From positions 72,147-132,611 of IMG/VR virus record IMGVR_UViG_3300031994_001875: a DNA stretch of 60,465 bases, one strand, 5' to 3'. Origin of the DNA: a virus. Lineage: Duplodnaviria > Heunggongvirae > Uroviricota > Caudoviricetes. Within the stretch, counting starts at the first letter, position 1, and every line of letters begins with the position of its first letter. Below are positions 46,483 through 55,217 of this stretch, piece by piece. The translations under genes and the position numbers were made by a program. Under the pieces are notes generated by a model. It was given only the letters and a program-made list of their open reading frames with translations, did no database searches and was not told the origin of the DNA.

Positions 46483-46837
46483 ACCTGATATACAAGAATA
46501 TGACTTAGATACTTCAGCAGCTGGATTTCATCGTTGGCATGACGAGTATGTTTCTATGATTGTTTCGTCTTTTATGAGAAGAAGTAATGATATGGTGGTA
46601 AAATCAAGAAATACCAACAATGAAATTTATCTAAGTTGTCATTTGTATGCACTTGCTTGTACTTCATCATTCGTTTGTATGAAACAAAATATGGAAGCGG
46701 TTTTAAATGGGTGTATTCCAATTAAAATAGATTTTGATTTGAAAGATAACGAGTTCTATGTTGTTAATAAAAATCTACCCGAATTAAAACCGTTATATGG
46801 TAAATTCAAAAATCTAAAAGATATATTAGCACTTTAA
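46469..46837 (+). CDS. hypothetical protein
   Basis: Start moved to MTSYKP (AAGGA SD). Confidence 0.65.
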   Translation: MTSYKPDIQEYDLDTSAAGFHRWHDEYVSMIVSSFMRRSNDMVVKSRNTNNEIYLSCHLYALACTSSFVCMKQNMEAVLNGCIPIKIDFDLKDNEFYVVNKNLPELKPLYGKFKNLKDILAL

Positions 46838-46866
46838 AAAAGACCCTCAATTACGAGGGTCTTTTT
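46836..46866. terminator. bidirectional intrinsic terminator
   Basis: AAAAAGACCCTC/GAGGGTCTTTTT between convergent genes. Confidence 0.8.
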
Positions 46867-46882
46867 CTTTTTGTATGGCTAA

Positions 46883-47428
46883 CTAATCTTCAGGTTCTTG
46901 TGGGTCTGCGAGAATAACCATAGTGGCGAGTTCTCGGCATGTCGGATTGAGTTCTCGCTTGATTAGTAGTTCGCAAACATTCTTGTACATTCTGTTCAAT
47001 GCCTTCTCTGCTGGCATATCATAAGAATTGTAAACCATATCTGCGAGTTTTACCAATAGAGCATCTTCACTCATTTTAAGAAGTTTTTCAGTGATATATG
47101 CTTCTTTTCCCATTTGTTCTTTCTTGAAATTGTTGTTGCGAAGTTCCGCACACATATTTGCCACATGTTCATTACATACAGCCTTAATTTCAAGATATGA
47201 AGTTTCGGTATCTTCCATCAAATCGTGAGCGAAAGCAGCATTGATTTGGTCTTCAGTTCCGCCATGCTCCATAACAATGTATGCTACACCACGAGGATGA
47301 ACATAATATGGCATCCCACTGCCCTTTCGTTCCTGGTGGTCATGACGGCCCTTTGAGAAATAATACATAGCCCTACATTTGAGTGGGAAATCAGTTGATT
47401 TAATTCTCTGTCCGATTGCTTCGTACAT
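46883..47428 (-). CDS. RelA/SpoT-type HD hydrolase (small alarmone hydrolase)
   Basis: HDHQERK..PYYVHP, AFAHDLMEDT, VKLAD..YN. Confidence 0.85.
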   Translation of the reverse strand: MYEAIGQRIKSTDFPLKCRAMYYFSKGRHDHQERKGSGMPYYVHPRGVAYIVMEHGGTEDQINAAFAHDLMEDTETSYLEIKAVCNEHVANMCAELRNNNFKKEQMGKEAYITEKLLKMSEDALLVKLADMVYNSYDMPAEKALNRMYKNVCELLIKRELNPTCRELATMVILADPQEPED

Positions 47429-47440
47429 AGTTGCCTCCTA

Positions 47441-47989
47441 TTAGTTAATTTCCATAACCAGGTGAACTTCTACCGTGCCACCACAACCATCATCCCAAGA
47501 AATCGCAGAACATTCATCTTCTTCCTGGTGATTGAGTGGTCGGAAATTCGTTATCCCATACAACTTGTCATCTTCTTTCTGTCCATCAATACATTCCTTC
47601 AATACCTTCTTGTATTCAATGTTCTTTCTGTGAATAGCATTTTCTCGCTTCTTAAAGAACTGAACATCGCATGGGAAACCATCACCATCAAACTGACCGA
47701 AATGAATGTATGCCCACTTCATATCCTTAGTTGCGTGGACTACCACACCGTGCATATCGTGGTCTCCTTCGTCAACCCAAAATGCGTCAGTTACTGGCAA
47801 ATCGTGATACATGTGCCAAATAGCATCTGTATTCTTGTAGAGTTGGAAACTCTTTGACTTATCTTCCGCACAACCACGCTTAGCATACTTCGGCATTTCC
47901 TTGCGGATATATTCATTTGCGTCATCTACATCTTTGTGCTGGTGAATATCAAACAATCTCTTTGAGTTGTGGATAATTGAATAAAACAT
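47441..47989 (-). CDS. hypothetical protein
   Basis: 182 aa, host-like codon usage. Confidence 0.7.
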   Translation of the reverse strand: MFYSIIHNSKRLFDIHQHKDVDDANEYIRKEMPKYAKRGCAEDKSKSFQLYKNTDAIWHMYHDLPVTDAFWVDEGDHDMHGVVVHATKDMKWAYIHFGQFDGDGFPCDVQFFKKRENAIHRKNIEYKKVLKECIDGQKEDDKLYGITNFRPLNHQEEDECSAISWDDGCGGTVEVHLVMEIN

Positions 47990-47990
47990 T

Positions 47991-48596
47991 TTACTTTCTC
48001 CTTATAATTGCTCCTGGATATACAATTCCATTTTTCCTAATCCATTCTTCATATTCCAAATCGTGTACAACATAATCGTCAGGATTTTCTACACATTCAT
48101 ATAGCACCATTTCGGCTAACCAGGGATTTGAATATAAAATCTTTGTTGGATTTTCGGGGCAATCATATCCTTTCAATGTTATCTTCCAAATCCTAACATA
48201 TACATCTTCATAGCCTAATTTTTCCCAATGACGTGCTAGACTTCGTGTTTTGCGTATAAATGGGTCAGTACAAGACCAATCCAAAGTTAGTTCGTTATCT
48301 CGCAAATGGGATTTTCTCGGAGCTGATACATAATACTTAACAGAATCGTTCATTTGCATTTTAGTTTCCCAATTTTTAAGTGAATCAAACGAAATACAAT
48401 CTGTCATTGGAACGGTGTCGGCAATTACTCGGCCATACGCCTGTTCTGTATTCATTTCTCCACCATCACAAATAATATCTCCATACACAATCCAACACAT
48501 TGATTCTGTGTACTGAAATTCTTCAGTCTTCGGTGTGTAATTCATTTGGGCAAATGCGGTAATCGCAAATACAAGAATAAGAAATAGTTTGTTCAT
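47991..48596 (-). CDS. exported protein with signal peptide
   Basis: MNKLFLILVFAITAFA leader; several Cys. Confidence 0.7.
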   Translation of the reverse strand: MNKLFLILVFAITAFAQMNYTPKTEEFQYTESMCWIVYGDIICDGGEMNTEQAYGRVIADTVPMTDCISFDSLKNWETKMQMNDSVKYYVSAPRKSHLRDNELTLDWSCTDPFIRKTRSLARHWEKLGYEDVYVRIWKITLKGYDCPENPTKILYSNPWLAEMVLYECVENPDDYVVHDLEYEEWIRKNGIVYPGAIIRRK

Positions 48597-48597
48597 A

Positions 48598-48732
48598 TTA
48601 TGCTCCTTCTGTAACAACAAGTTCACCCTTATAAATTACCAATTCCGGCTCGGGTTCTTTCTTATGGTTGAAATCTCGTTCGGTTTCGTCTTTCTGTACA
48701 AAATAACTGTGTGTCATAGAACCACCACCCAT
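48598..48732 (-). CDS. small hypothetical protein (44 aa, not in track)
   Basis: MGGGSMTHSYFVQKDETER...TEGA; GGAGG SD. Confidence 0.5.
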   Translation of the reverse strand: MGGGSMTHSYFVQKDETERDFNHKKEPEPELVIYKGELVVTEGA

Positions 48733-48733
48733 A

Positions 48734-48907
48734 TTATGCCTCCCATGTTGCTGTGAGTTTAACAAGAATTGCGTCTAAGTGGTACTTCTTCTGCTTCAAT
48801 GCTGATTCTTTTGAAGAATATGTACGAATACCACCATTACCACGGGCATAATCATGCTCTGACGGAATGTAAAATGCCCAAATCTCAGGAAATTTCATTT
48901 CATTCAT
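48734..48907 (-). CDS. small hypothetical protein (57 aa, not in track)
   Basis: MNEMKFPEIWAFYIPSEH...TWEA; GAGGT SD. Confidence 0.6.
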   Translation of the reverse strand: MNEMKFPEIWAFYIPSEHDYARGNGGIRTYSSKESALKQKKYHLDAILVKLTATWEA

Positions 48908-48919
48908 TTGTTACCTCGT

Positions 48920-49114
48920 TTACTTTTGAACACAAACCCACTTGGCAGCGTCTTTGATTTCGTGATTATATGTTGAAATGCTAAGTTCCCATCTGAGACC
49001 AGCTGCTTTACATCTACCTTCTGTGCTAAATTCGGCAGTCGCAACGGCAGCACCTCCGGAACCACCATGACCCTGAAAGTTAGAAAATGCTAATGTCATA
49101 ATGAGAATCCACAT
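48920..49114 (-). CDS. small secreted/membrane Cys-pair protein (paralog 2 of 3)
   Basis: MWILI leader, AEFSTEGRCKAAG, WVCVQK. Confidence 0.7.
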   Translation of the reverse strand: MWILIMTLAFSNFQGHGGSGGAAVATAEFSTEGRCKAAGLRWELSISTYNHEIKDAAKWVCVQK

Positions 49115-49148
49115 TTTTATTACCTCTTTTTAATGGTTTTACACTATT

Positions 49149-49214
49149 AATATAGATTATTTTATGCAGTTTGTCAATAGAAAAATGACTAAATTATGTA
49201 AAATTAAATTTACA
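49149..49214 (-). promoter_or_regulatory. early promoter + operator
   Basis: TTGACA 49177-49172, 17 bp, TATATT 49154-49149; palindrome 49197-49214 (19 bp). Confidence 0.85.
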
Positions 49215-49225
49215 TAAATAATAGT

Positions 49226-49867
49226 ATGGAAGAATTATACGATAATGTAATAAAAAAGTTACAAAATGATTTACACCCTGACGATTTTCATGACTTAATG
49301 TGTGGAAAAATCAAAAAGCAGATTATTGAAATGGTAATCAAAGAATACACAGATTTGGGTATTACAGATTTAGATTTTATTACTAATCGTGTAAGAGATA
49401 GATTTGGTTTAGGATTTGACCCCAATAGTTCTATTGAAGATAAAGTACTTCGTGACTTGGAATATATGTTGGACTATGAACACAATTTGAAAGGTGCTTC
49501 ACCAAATAAAATCTTTAAAAATGAATACAAAACTATTGAAAGAATGAAAGGTGAAAAATCCGCTGCTATTGCTAAACAAATGATTGACCAGTATAGATAC
49601 AAGGTTAAAAACAATATGAAATTGATTGAAGCACAACAGATTTTACATTCCAAAGGCTTTTTGTTGGAATACAACAAGGAAGAAATCTCACCAGATAAGC
49701 ATGAGTTAATTGAAGAAATCTTGGATGACCCAATGTGTGATTCCGATTTGGATTATTATACTTTGGCGGGCTGGAGTATTGACGATTTGGAAAATTACAA
49801 AAATGAACTTAATGACTTACATAATGAAGAAAGATATGTAAATGACCCTTTCGGAATGGATGAATAA
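49226..49867 (+). CDS. hypothetical protein with internal LxEA..L...G.L.E leader-type motif
   Basis: MKLIEAQQILHSKGFLLE internal; CATAAATA at 49213-49220. Confidence 0.75.
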   Translation: MEELYDNVIKKLQNDLHPDDFHDLMCGKIKKQIIEMVIKEYTDLGITDLDFITNRVRDRFGLGFDPNSSIEDKVLRDLEYMLDYEHNLKGASPNKIFKNEYKTIERMKGEKSAAIAKQMIDQYRYKVKNNMKLIEAQQILHSKGFLLEYNKEEISPDKHELIEEILDDPMCDSDLDYYTLAGWSIDDLENYKNELNDLHNEERYVNDPFGMDE

Positions 49868-49871
49868 AAAT

Positions 49872-49903
49872 AAAAGGTGGTTCGTTTGAACCACCTTTTT
49901 TTT
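49872..49903. terminator. bidirectional intrinsic terminator
   Basis: AAAAGGTGGTTC/GAACCACCTTTT between convergent genes. Confidence 0.85.
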
Positions 49904-50111
49904 ATATAAGAGCAAAGAAGATAGCCATAACAAATAACCCAAACAGAAACAAACACCCATAGTCAGTTTCGCTTGAATGTGTTTGGTGATAATGTTGCTT
50001 TGCTTCTTCTAATGTTTTCCACGATTTACCATTAGCATCCAAATGAGTCCAATTACCATCTGGTGTATGGTAATATGTTTCGTGTGGACCTTCACCAATT
50101 ATTCTAGGCAT
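49902..50111 (-). CDS. small protein with C-terminal TM
   Basis: 69 aa. Confidence 0.65.
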   Translation of the reverse strand: MPRIIGEGPHETYYHTPDGNWTHLDANGKSWKTLEEAKQHYHQTHSSETDYGCLFLFGLFVMAIFFALI

Positions 50112-50437
50112 TATAGAAATCCTGTATTACACTTTGGTTGATTTGTATTATTTGCCAAAACTTCCATTAAAGTATTATAGTTACTTTTAATTAAATTGTA
50201 TTTGGCTTCTAATTCTTTTAGTTGCTCGGCTTGACCAGCACATTTTGCTTTATAAATCTCAAGTTCTTTTTCTAATAAAAGAATATAGTCATCTTTGGTT
50301 AGTTCGTTTTCTTTGATATTGCTACGAAACACTTTTAGTTCTCTTAACCATTCAGCAAGTTGTTTGTGTTCCATTCCACAAGCAGTTCCGCATTGAGATT
50401 TTTCTTCACAATGTTCTATTGCTTCGTCAAGGGTCAT
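50111..50437 (-). CDS. hypothetical coiled-coil protein
   Basis: MTLDEAIEHC..EHKQLAEWLRELK. Confidence 0.7.
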   Translation of the reverse strand: MTLDEAIEHCEEKSQCGTACGMEHKQLAEWLRELKVFRSNIKENELTKDDYILLLEKELEIYKAKCAGQAEQLKELEAKYNLIKSNYNTLMEVLANNTNQPKCNTGFL

Positions 50438-50441
50438 AAAA

Positions 50442-50645
50442 TTATCTCCCTAATATATCACCTGTCCAGCCATCTTTTAAACGAGCTTCAATACAAAGAC
50501 GAAGTCCAAGTGCTTTTTCTTCAACAGTCATATTAAAACTATCAAGTGTTGGAACATGATACCTAAACACTTCTTCTTTAGTATCAGGAAAACGATAAAT
50601 TGCATATTCGTTTTCATAATCCATTTCAAGTTCTTCTAATGTCAT
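50442..50645 (-). CDS. hypothetical protein
   Basis: 67 aa coupled ORF. Confidence 0.6.
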   Translation of the reverse strand: MTLEELEMDYENEYAIYRFPDTKEEVFRYHVPTLDSFNMTVEEKALGLRLCIEARLKDGWTGDILGR

Positions 50646-50649
50646 ATCA

Positions 50650-50817
50650 CTACTTATCCTTCTCAGTTAACCATTCATAAAATTCTTTAAATACAAGATA
50701 TAAATTGATATTGCCATTTTCATCAGTGTGCTTTTTAATAAGCTCCTGTCTTTTCGCTAATTCTTCTTCAGTTATTTTAAGTTTTTCAAATGGTACATTC
50801 ACAGTAAATTTAGTCAT
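50650..50817 (-). CDS. small hypothetical protein (55 aa, not in track)
   Basis: MTKFTVNVPFEKLKITEEELAKRQELIKKH... Confidence 0.55.
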   Translation of the reverse strand: MTKFTVNVPFEKLKITEEELAKRQELIKKHTDENGNINLYLVFKEFYEWLTEKDK

Positions 50818-50823
50818 ATAAAC

Positions 50824-51030
50824 CTACCTATTATAAATGTGGTCAGGTGGAAGATTTGCTTTGCTTACACAACGATATGAAGCTGAAACACCAATTTTTT
50901 TATTCATATCTCTGTACCAACCAGAACCTGCTTCTATACATGCTTTCTTTGTATCAAATTCAGCAGCAGTTAAAGCAGCCCCAGTATTAGTTAATAGAGT
51001 TAAAATTAAAATCCACATTATACATCCCAT
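50824..51030 (-). CDS. small secreted/membrane Cys-pair protein (paralog 3 of 3)
   Basis: MWILIL leader, AEFDTKKACIEAG, YRCVSK. Confidence 0.7.
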   Translation of the reverse strand: MGCIMWILILTLLTNTGAALTAAEFDTKKACIEAGSGWYRDMNKKIGVSASYRCVSKANLPPDHIYNR

Positions 51031-51386
51031 CCATATCTTTGTTTACCGAGTTTCTTGATTTCTTTGATACCGGCTCCATAATTTTCAAGAGTATCTTCAG
51101 TAGTGGTAATTGTTTTCTCAATTACTTTATGAATTTGTACACCTTCTACTTCGTCTAAACTCCAATGACCTCGGTCTACTTCCAATGCCAATGTGTTATG
51201 TAGAAATTCCATTAGAATTTCTTTGGAAGCATACTTCTTATCTTGTTCTCTATTACTCCAACCATAATCACTTGGATAACCTCTGCTGGCATAATTGGAA
51301 AACCAAAAATATAAGGTTTCGTGATGTTCGGCTTTTTCAGCAGGTAATACTGCGTAATACATTTCTTCAATGTGTTCTCTGGTCAT
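51018..51386 (-). CDS. hypothetical protein
   Basis: 122 aa coupled ORF. Confidence 0.65.
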   Translation of the reverse strand: MTREHIEEMYYAVLPAEKAEHHETLYFWFSNYASRGYPSDYGWSNREQDKKYASKEILMEFLHNTLALEVDRGHWSLDEVEGVQIHKVIEKTITTTEDTLENYGAGIKEIKKLGKQRYGWDV

Positions 51387-51576
51387 CTTTTGAAATTCCT
51401 ATAACTGGATTATCTTGTTCGTGTTCGTCAATATAAAAATCTTGTTGTACTGGGTATCTAGCACAAAGACCTAAATCAGGCTTACCAATTACTACATCAA
51501 CTTCGCAATTCCCAAGTGTTTCAATTACTCTAATCCATTCTTTCATTTCTTTTGTTAATTCTACTTTATTATTCAT
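51367..51576 (-). CDS. hypothetical protein
   Basis: 69 aa coupled ORF. Confidence 0.6.
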   Translation of the reverse strand: MNNKVELTKEMKEWIRVIETLGNCEVDVVIGKPDLGLCARYPVQQDFYIDEHEQDNPVIGISKDDQRTH

Positions 51577-52102
51577 AATCTATCTTTTGATAAAAACAAT
51601 TCTTGAAAATATCTTTTATTTCTTCATCAGTGTAAACATAAGTACAACCACATTCACTTAGACCTTCATCCTCGTCAAGTTGGCAGTCAAATCGGTCTTG
51701 AACTTTATCTTCAATTTCTGCACTTCTTGCGTGAATGTTATCTAGCCATTGTTTAAAGAACTTTTCTTCGGTCTTAAAACCACTTTCTCTAATAAAATCG
51801 GCAAATGATATATAACCAGGTTTCATTTCATAAGAAACTTTATAGTCAGTTATCCATTCAAATGCTTCACCCAAAGACCAAAAATTACTGTGAGTAGATT
51901 TATCCCAACCATATTCGTGATACGAAAAATAAAATTCGTATTCAAACAATGGTACTCTATTCTTAATGGCTTCTTGTCGGTCTTGTTCTTCTTTTAAAGC
52001 CTCTGCTTCTTTGGCTTCTTTGGTTTCTTTTTCGTGGAATTCAGTCCATTCTTTAAGAATGTCTGGGTAATTCTTTTTAAGAAATTGATTTATTGTAGTC
52101 AT
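51569..52102 (-). CDS. hypothetical protein
   Basis: 177 aa. Confidence 0.7.
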   Translation of the reverse strand: MTTINQFLKKNYPDILKEWTEFHEKETKEAKEAEALKEEQDRQEAIKNRVPLFEYEFYFSYHEYGWDKSTHSNFWSLGEAFEWITDYKVSYEMKPGYISFADFIRESGFKTEEKFFKQWLDNIHARSAEIEDKVQDRFDCQLDEDEGLSECGCTYVYTDEEIKDIFKNCFYQKIDYE

Positions 52103-52103
52103 A

Positions 52104-52382
52104 TTAAAATCCTGTTGTTGCAGTTACTGGTCTATGTATTCGTGCATTAAATTCTTCACAATCATCGTGAAGCCTTTCAATGGCTTTTTCTACTTTGTCT
52201 TTATCACCACTAAATCTTATATTATACTCAGTTGTATAAGTTTTAAAAAACCATCCACCATCACAATAAGTATCTGTATCTATACTAACAGATATTCCTA
52301 AATCGTCAGCAATTTCATATATTGCTCGTTTTACGCCGCGTACGCGGCTATCAATTTCTATACTACAACTTTCACTATACAT
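52104..52382 (-). CDS. hypothetical protein
   Basis: 92 aa, GGAG SD. Confidence 0.65.
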   Translation of the reverse strand: MYSESCSIEIDSRVRGVKRAIYEIADDLGISVSIDTDTYCDGGWFFKTYTTEYNIRFSGDKDKVEKAIERLHDDCEEFNARIHRPVTATTGF

Positions 52383-52384
52383 TT

Positions 52385-52591
52385 TTATTCTCCAGTATGA
52401 TATAAATTATATTTTAATTTGTTTTCCCAATATGTTTTTACATTAGTCCAAAAATCAGTTAGTTTAATGGATTTAGCCATTGTATAATATGGGTTTACAC
52501 TATCTCCATCCATTTCAAGTAGATAGATTTGGGACTGAGCATAAGCAATTCTCATCCTACAAAGACTGCGATATAATTCATTAGGATTCAT
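52385..52591 (-). CDS. hypothetical protein
   Basis: 68 aa. Confidence 0.6.
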   Translation of the reverse strand: MNPNELYRSLCRMRIAYAQSQIYLLEMDGDSVNPYYTMAKSIKLTDFWTNVKTYWENKLKYNLYHTGE

Positions 52592-52728
52592 TTATCTTTA
52601 CAATTCCTTTCTTTTTCAATTTCTCTTTTGTATTCTATCGGTCTACAAAAATCATCTTCACTACGATACTCAATTACCAGCAATATAATGAACAATACAA
52701 CTGAACCAATTAAAAATATAGCACTCAT
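52588..52728 (-). CDS. small membrane protein (46 aa, not in track)
   Basis: MSAIFLIGSVVLFIILLVIEYRSEDD...; TAATG and ATGA overlaps. Confidence 0.6.
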   Translation of the reverse strand: MSAIFLIGSVVLFIILLVIEYRSEDDFCRPIEYKREIEKERNCKDK

Positions 52729-52967
52729 TAACAAACACCATCTTTTTGTATTCTAATAAAATCTAACTCTTCAAAAATTTCTTGAAGATTACATAAATCT
52801 TCTTGATGTGCAGTATCAAAATAGATTACATAATCATATTTAAAGTCTTGGCAAAAATCTCTAAAGTGGTAATTATGCCAAAAGAACAGACCTTTCCATT
52901 GTGGAATTAAAGTGTCTTCAGTTTGGATTAATCTGTGCCAAGCATCAAATGGGATTTTCTTTTTCAT
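52728..52967 (-). CDS. hypothetical protein
   Basis: 79 aa after TTGAAA-17-TATATT (53002-52974). Confidence 0.6.
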   Translation of the reverse strand: MKKKIPFDAWHRLIQTEDTLIPQWKGLFFWHNYHFRDFCQDFKYDYVIYFDTAHQEDLCNLQEIFEELDFIRIQKDGVC

Positions 52968-53087
52968 TTCTATAATATAACAAAAGCCAGCTATGTTTTC
53001 AATAGCCAGCTTATGAAATTTGTTTTATTGTATACTGAATTATAATTTATTATATTATTGTTAAATTTATATTTACTTATAAATATA

Positions 53088-53095
53088 ATAAATTG
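53088..53095 (+). promoter_or_regulatory. T4-type late promoter candidate
   Basis: TATAAATA 10 nt before aminotransferase start. Confidence 0.5.
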
Positions 53096-53104
53096 AGGTG
53101 AATA

Positions 53105-54178
53105 ATGATAAATTTTACTGTTGGTCCCGTACAAACAAATGATTATGTATTAAAAATTGGTTCCGAACAAGTTCCATATTTTAGAACAGAAGAATTTTCA
53201 AATATAGTATTTGAAAGTGAATACTATATTAAAAAATTTATAAAAGCACCACCAAAATCAAAAGTATTATTTATTACTGGTTCTGGTACAGCTTCTATGG
53301 AAGCTTCTATAATAAATTCATTTAATGAAACTGATAAAGTACTCATAGTAAATGGTGGAAATTTCGGACAAAGATTTGCTGATATATGTAAAGTTCATAA
53401 TATATCGTATGATGAAATTATATTAGAATCAGGTAAACAATTAACAGAAAAAGATTTAGAAAAATTTGATGGTAATAATTATACTGGATTTTTAGTAAAT
53501 GTACACGAAACATCTACTGGGGTACATTATGATATGGATTTAATTAGTTCATATTGTAAAAAATATAATCTATTTTTAATTGTAGATGCTATAAGTTCAT
53601 TTTTAGCTGACCCATTTAATATGGAAAATTATTCGGCTAATATAGTGATAACAAGTTCACAAAAAGCATTGGCCTGTCCACCAGGCATTTCTATATTGGT
53701 TTTAGACGAAACTGCTATTAAACGAATTGAAAATAATAATATTAAATGTTACTATTTTAATTTAAAGGATGCCTTAAAAAATGCTGAAAGAGGTCAAACT
53801 CCATTTACACCAGCAGTAAGTATAATTTTACAAATACACGAAAGACTATTAAATATAGATAAAAATGGTAGTGTTGAAAATGAAATCAATAGAATAAACC
53901 TAATTGCTAATGATTTTAGAACACGAATTAAAAAATACCCATTTGAAATAACATCTAATTCATTATCAAATGCAGTCACACCATTACATCCATTAAATGT
54001 TTCTGCTTATGATACATTCACCACTTTAAAAAACGAATATAATATATGGATTTGTCCTAATGGTGGAAAATTAAAAGATACTATATTAAGAGTAGGTCAC
54101 ATAGGTAATTTAACTATTAATGATAATGATATTTTGTTTAATGCTTTAGATGATATGAATAAAAGAGGATTATTATGA
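53105..54178 (+). CDS. class V PLP-dependent aminotransferase (AGT/PhnW-like)
   Basis: FTVGP, TGSGTASME, HETSTG, DAISS, SSQKAL (PLP Lys), RVGHIG. Confidence 0.85.
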   Translation: MINFTVGPVQTNDYVLKIGSEQVPYFRTEEFSNIVFESEYYIKKFIKAPPKSKVLFITGSGTASMEASIINSFNETDKVLIVNGGNFGQRFADICKVHNISYDEIILESGKQLTEKDLEKFDGNNYTGFLVNVHETSTGVHYDMDLISSYCKKYNLFLIVDAISSFLADPFNMENYSANIVITSSQKALACPPGISILVLDETAIKRIENNNIKCYYFNLKDALKNAERGQTPFTPAVSIILQIHERLLNIDKNGSVENEINRINLIANDFRTRIKKYPFEITSNSLSNAVTPLHPLNVSAYDTFTTLKNEYNIWICPNGGKLKDTILRVGHIGNLTINDNDILFNALDDMNKRGLL

Positions 54179-54627
54179 TAGCTGGAAAAACAGTTGTATA
54201 TACATCTGGTACATTTGATTTATTACATATAAATCATATTAAGATGATAGAATATGCTAGAAAACTTGGTGATATTCTAATCATAGGCGTAAATACAGAT
54301 GAATTAGTTAATACATATAAATCTGAATTGATAGTTCCATTTGAAGAACGTATTGCTATGGTTAAAGCCTTAAAATATCCTGATATTGTTATTCCACAAA
54401 AATCATTAGACCATACAGATAAAGTAAAGAAATTAAACTTTGATATTTTTGTAGTAGGTGATGATTGGGCTGGTAAATATGATTATTTAAAAGATTTAGG
54501 TGTTACTGTTGTATATTTTCCTTATGGAAATGGTGTTAGTAGTACAAATTTAAAACAAACTATATATGAAAAAATTAAACTCCAAGCAGATAATCATTTT
54601 CCTAATGATGTAAATATTAAGGTATAA
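54175..54627 (+). CDS. TagD-like cytidylyltransferase (CDP-alcohol synthesis)
   Basis: GTFDLLHINH, GVNTD, ER, VVGDDW, VSST. Confidence 0.85.
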   Translation: MIAGKTVVYTSGTFDLLHINHIKMIEYARKLGDILIIGVNTDELVNTYKSELIVPFEERIAMVKALKYPDIVIPQKSLDHTDKVKKLNFDIFVVGDDWAGKYDYLKDLGVTVVYFPYGNGVSSTNLKQTIYEKIKLQADNHFPNDVNIKV

Positions 54628-54629
54628 TT

Positions 54630-55217
54630 ATGTTAGTTATAAGTAATAATTGCTGTGGAGGAAGATTTTATAATCGTCATAATTTAGAATTTAATAATCC
54701 TTTTATATGGATGGTTTGTCCTAATGATTCAATAATGTATGTTATGAATAACTTTAATAAAATAAATTGGTTTAATTATGATTTTGAAAAATCAACATTA
54801 AAAAAAAATACTTATATTATTAAAGTAGAAAATGTTATTGAACTTCATTATGTTCATTATAATTTTGATTCAAAAGCAACAAAACTATACACAAATAAAG
54901 ATACAAATGAAGTATATTATTGTAGGATATGGGAATATATTAATCAAAAATATCTGGATAGAGTACAAAGAATGTTAGAATGTAAAGATAAACCAATTTT
55001 CTTAATAAGGGATGAAGCTTATGCAAACTCTAACAGTAAATACTCAATAAAAGATATTGCTTATAATAATTCAGATTACAAAAGAATAATAATAACAAAA
55101 GATAAAAGTGTAACTCGTAATGATGAATTATGTAAAACTATTTTGGTGAATAAAATAGAATTACCATTAACAACTATAAACAAATACTATAATTCAATTA
55201 TATCATTTATAAATTAG
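54630..55217 (+). CDS. DUF1919-like polysaccharide-associated protein
   Basis: ISNNCCGG..LEFNNPF. Confidence 0.7.
   Translation: MLVISNNCCGGRFYNRHNLEFNNPFIWMVCPNDSIMYVMNNFNKINWFNYDFEKSTLKKNTYIIKVENVIELHYVHYNFDSKATKLYTNKDTNEVYYCRIWEYINQKYLDRVQRMLECKDKPIFLIRDEAYANSNSKYSIKDIAYNNSDYKRIIITKDKSVTRNDELCKTILVNKIELPLTTINKYYNSIISFIN

Noticed and set aside
734-49214. Dispersed palindromes as CRISPR repeats, integron attC sites or CRP boxes
   Set aside because: Not regularly spaced, only 12 conserved bases, fixed phasing to -35; spacing differs from the CRP TGTGA-N6-TCACA site.
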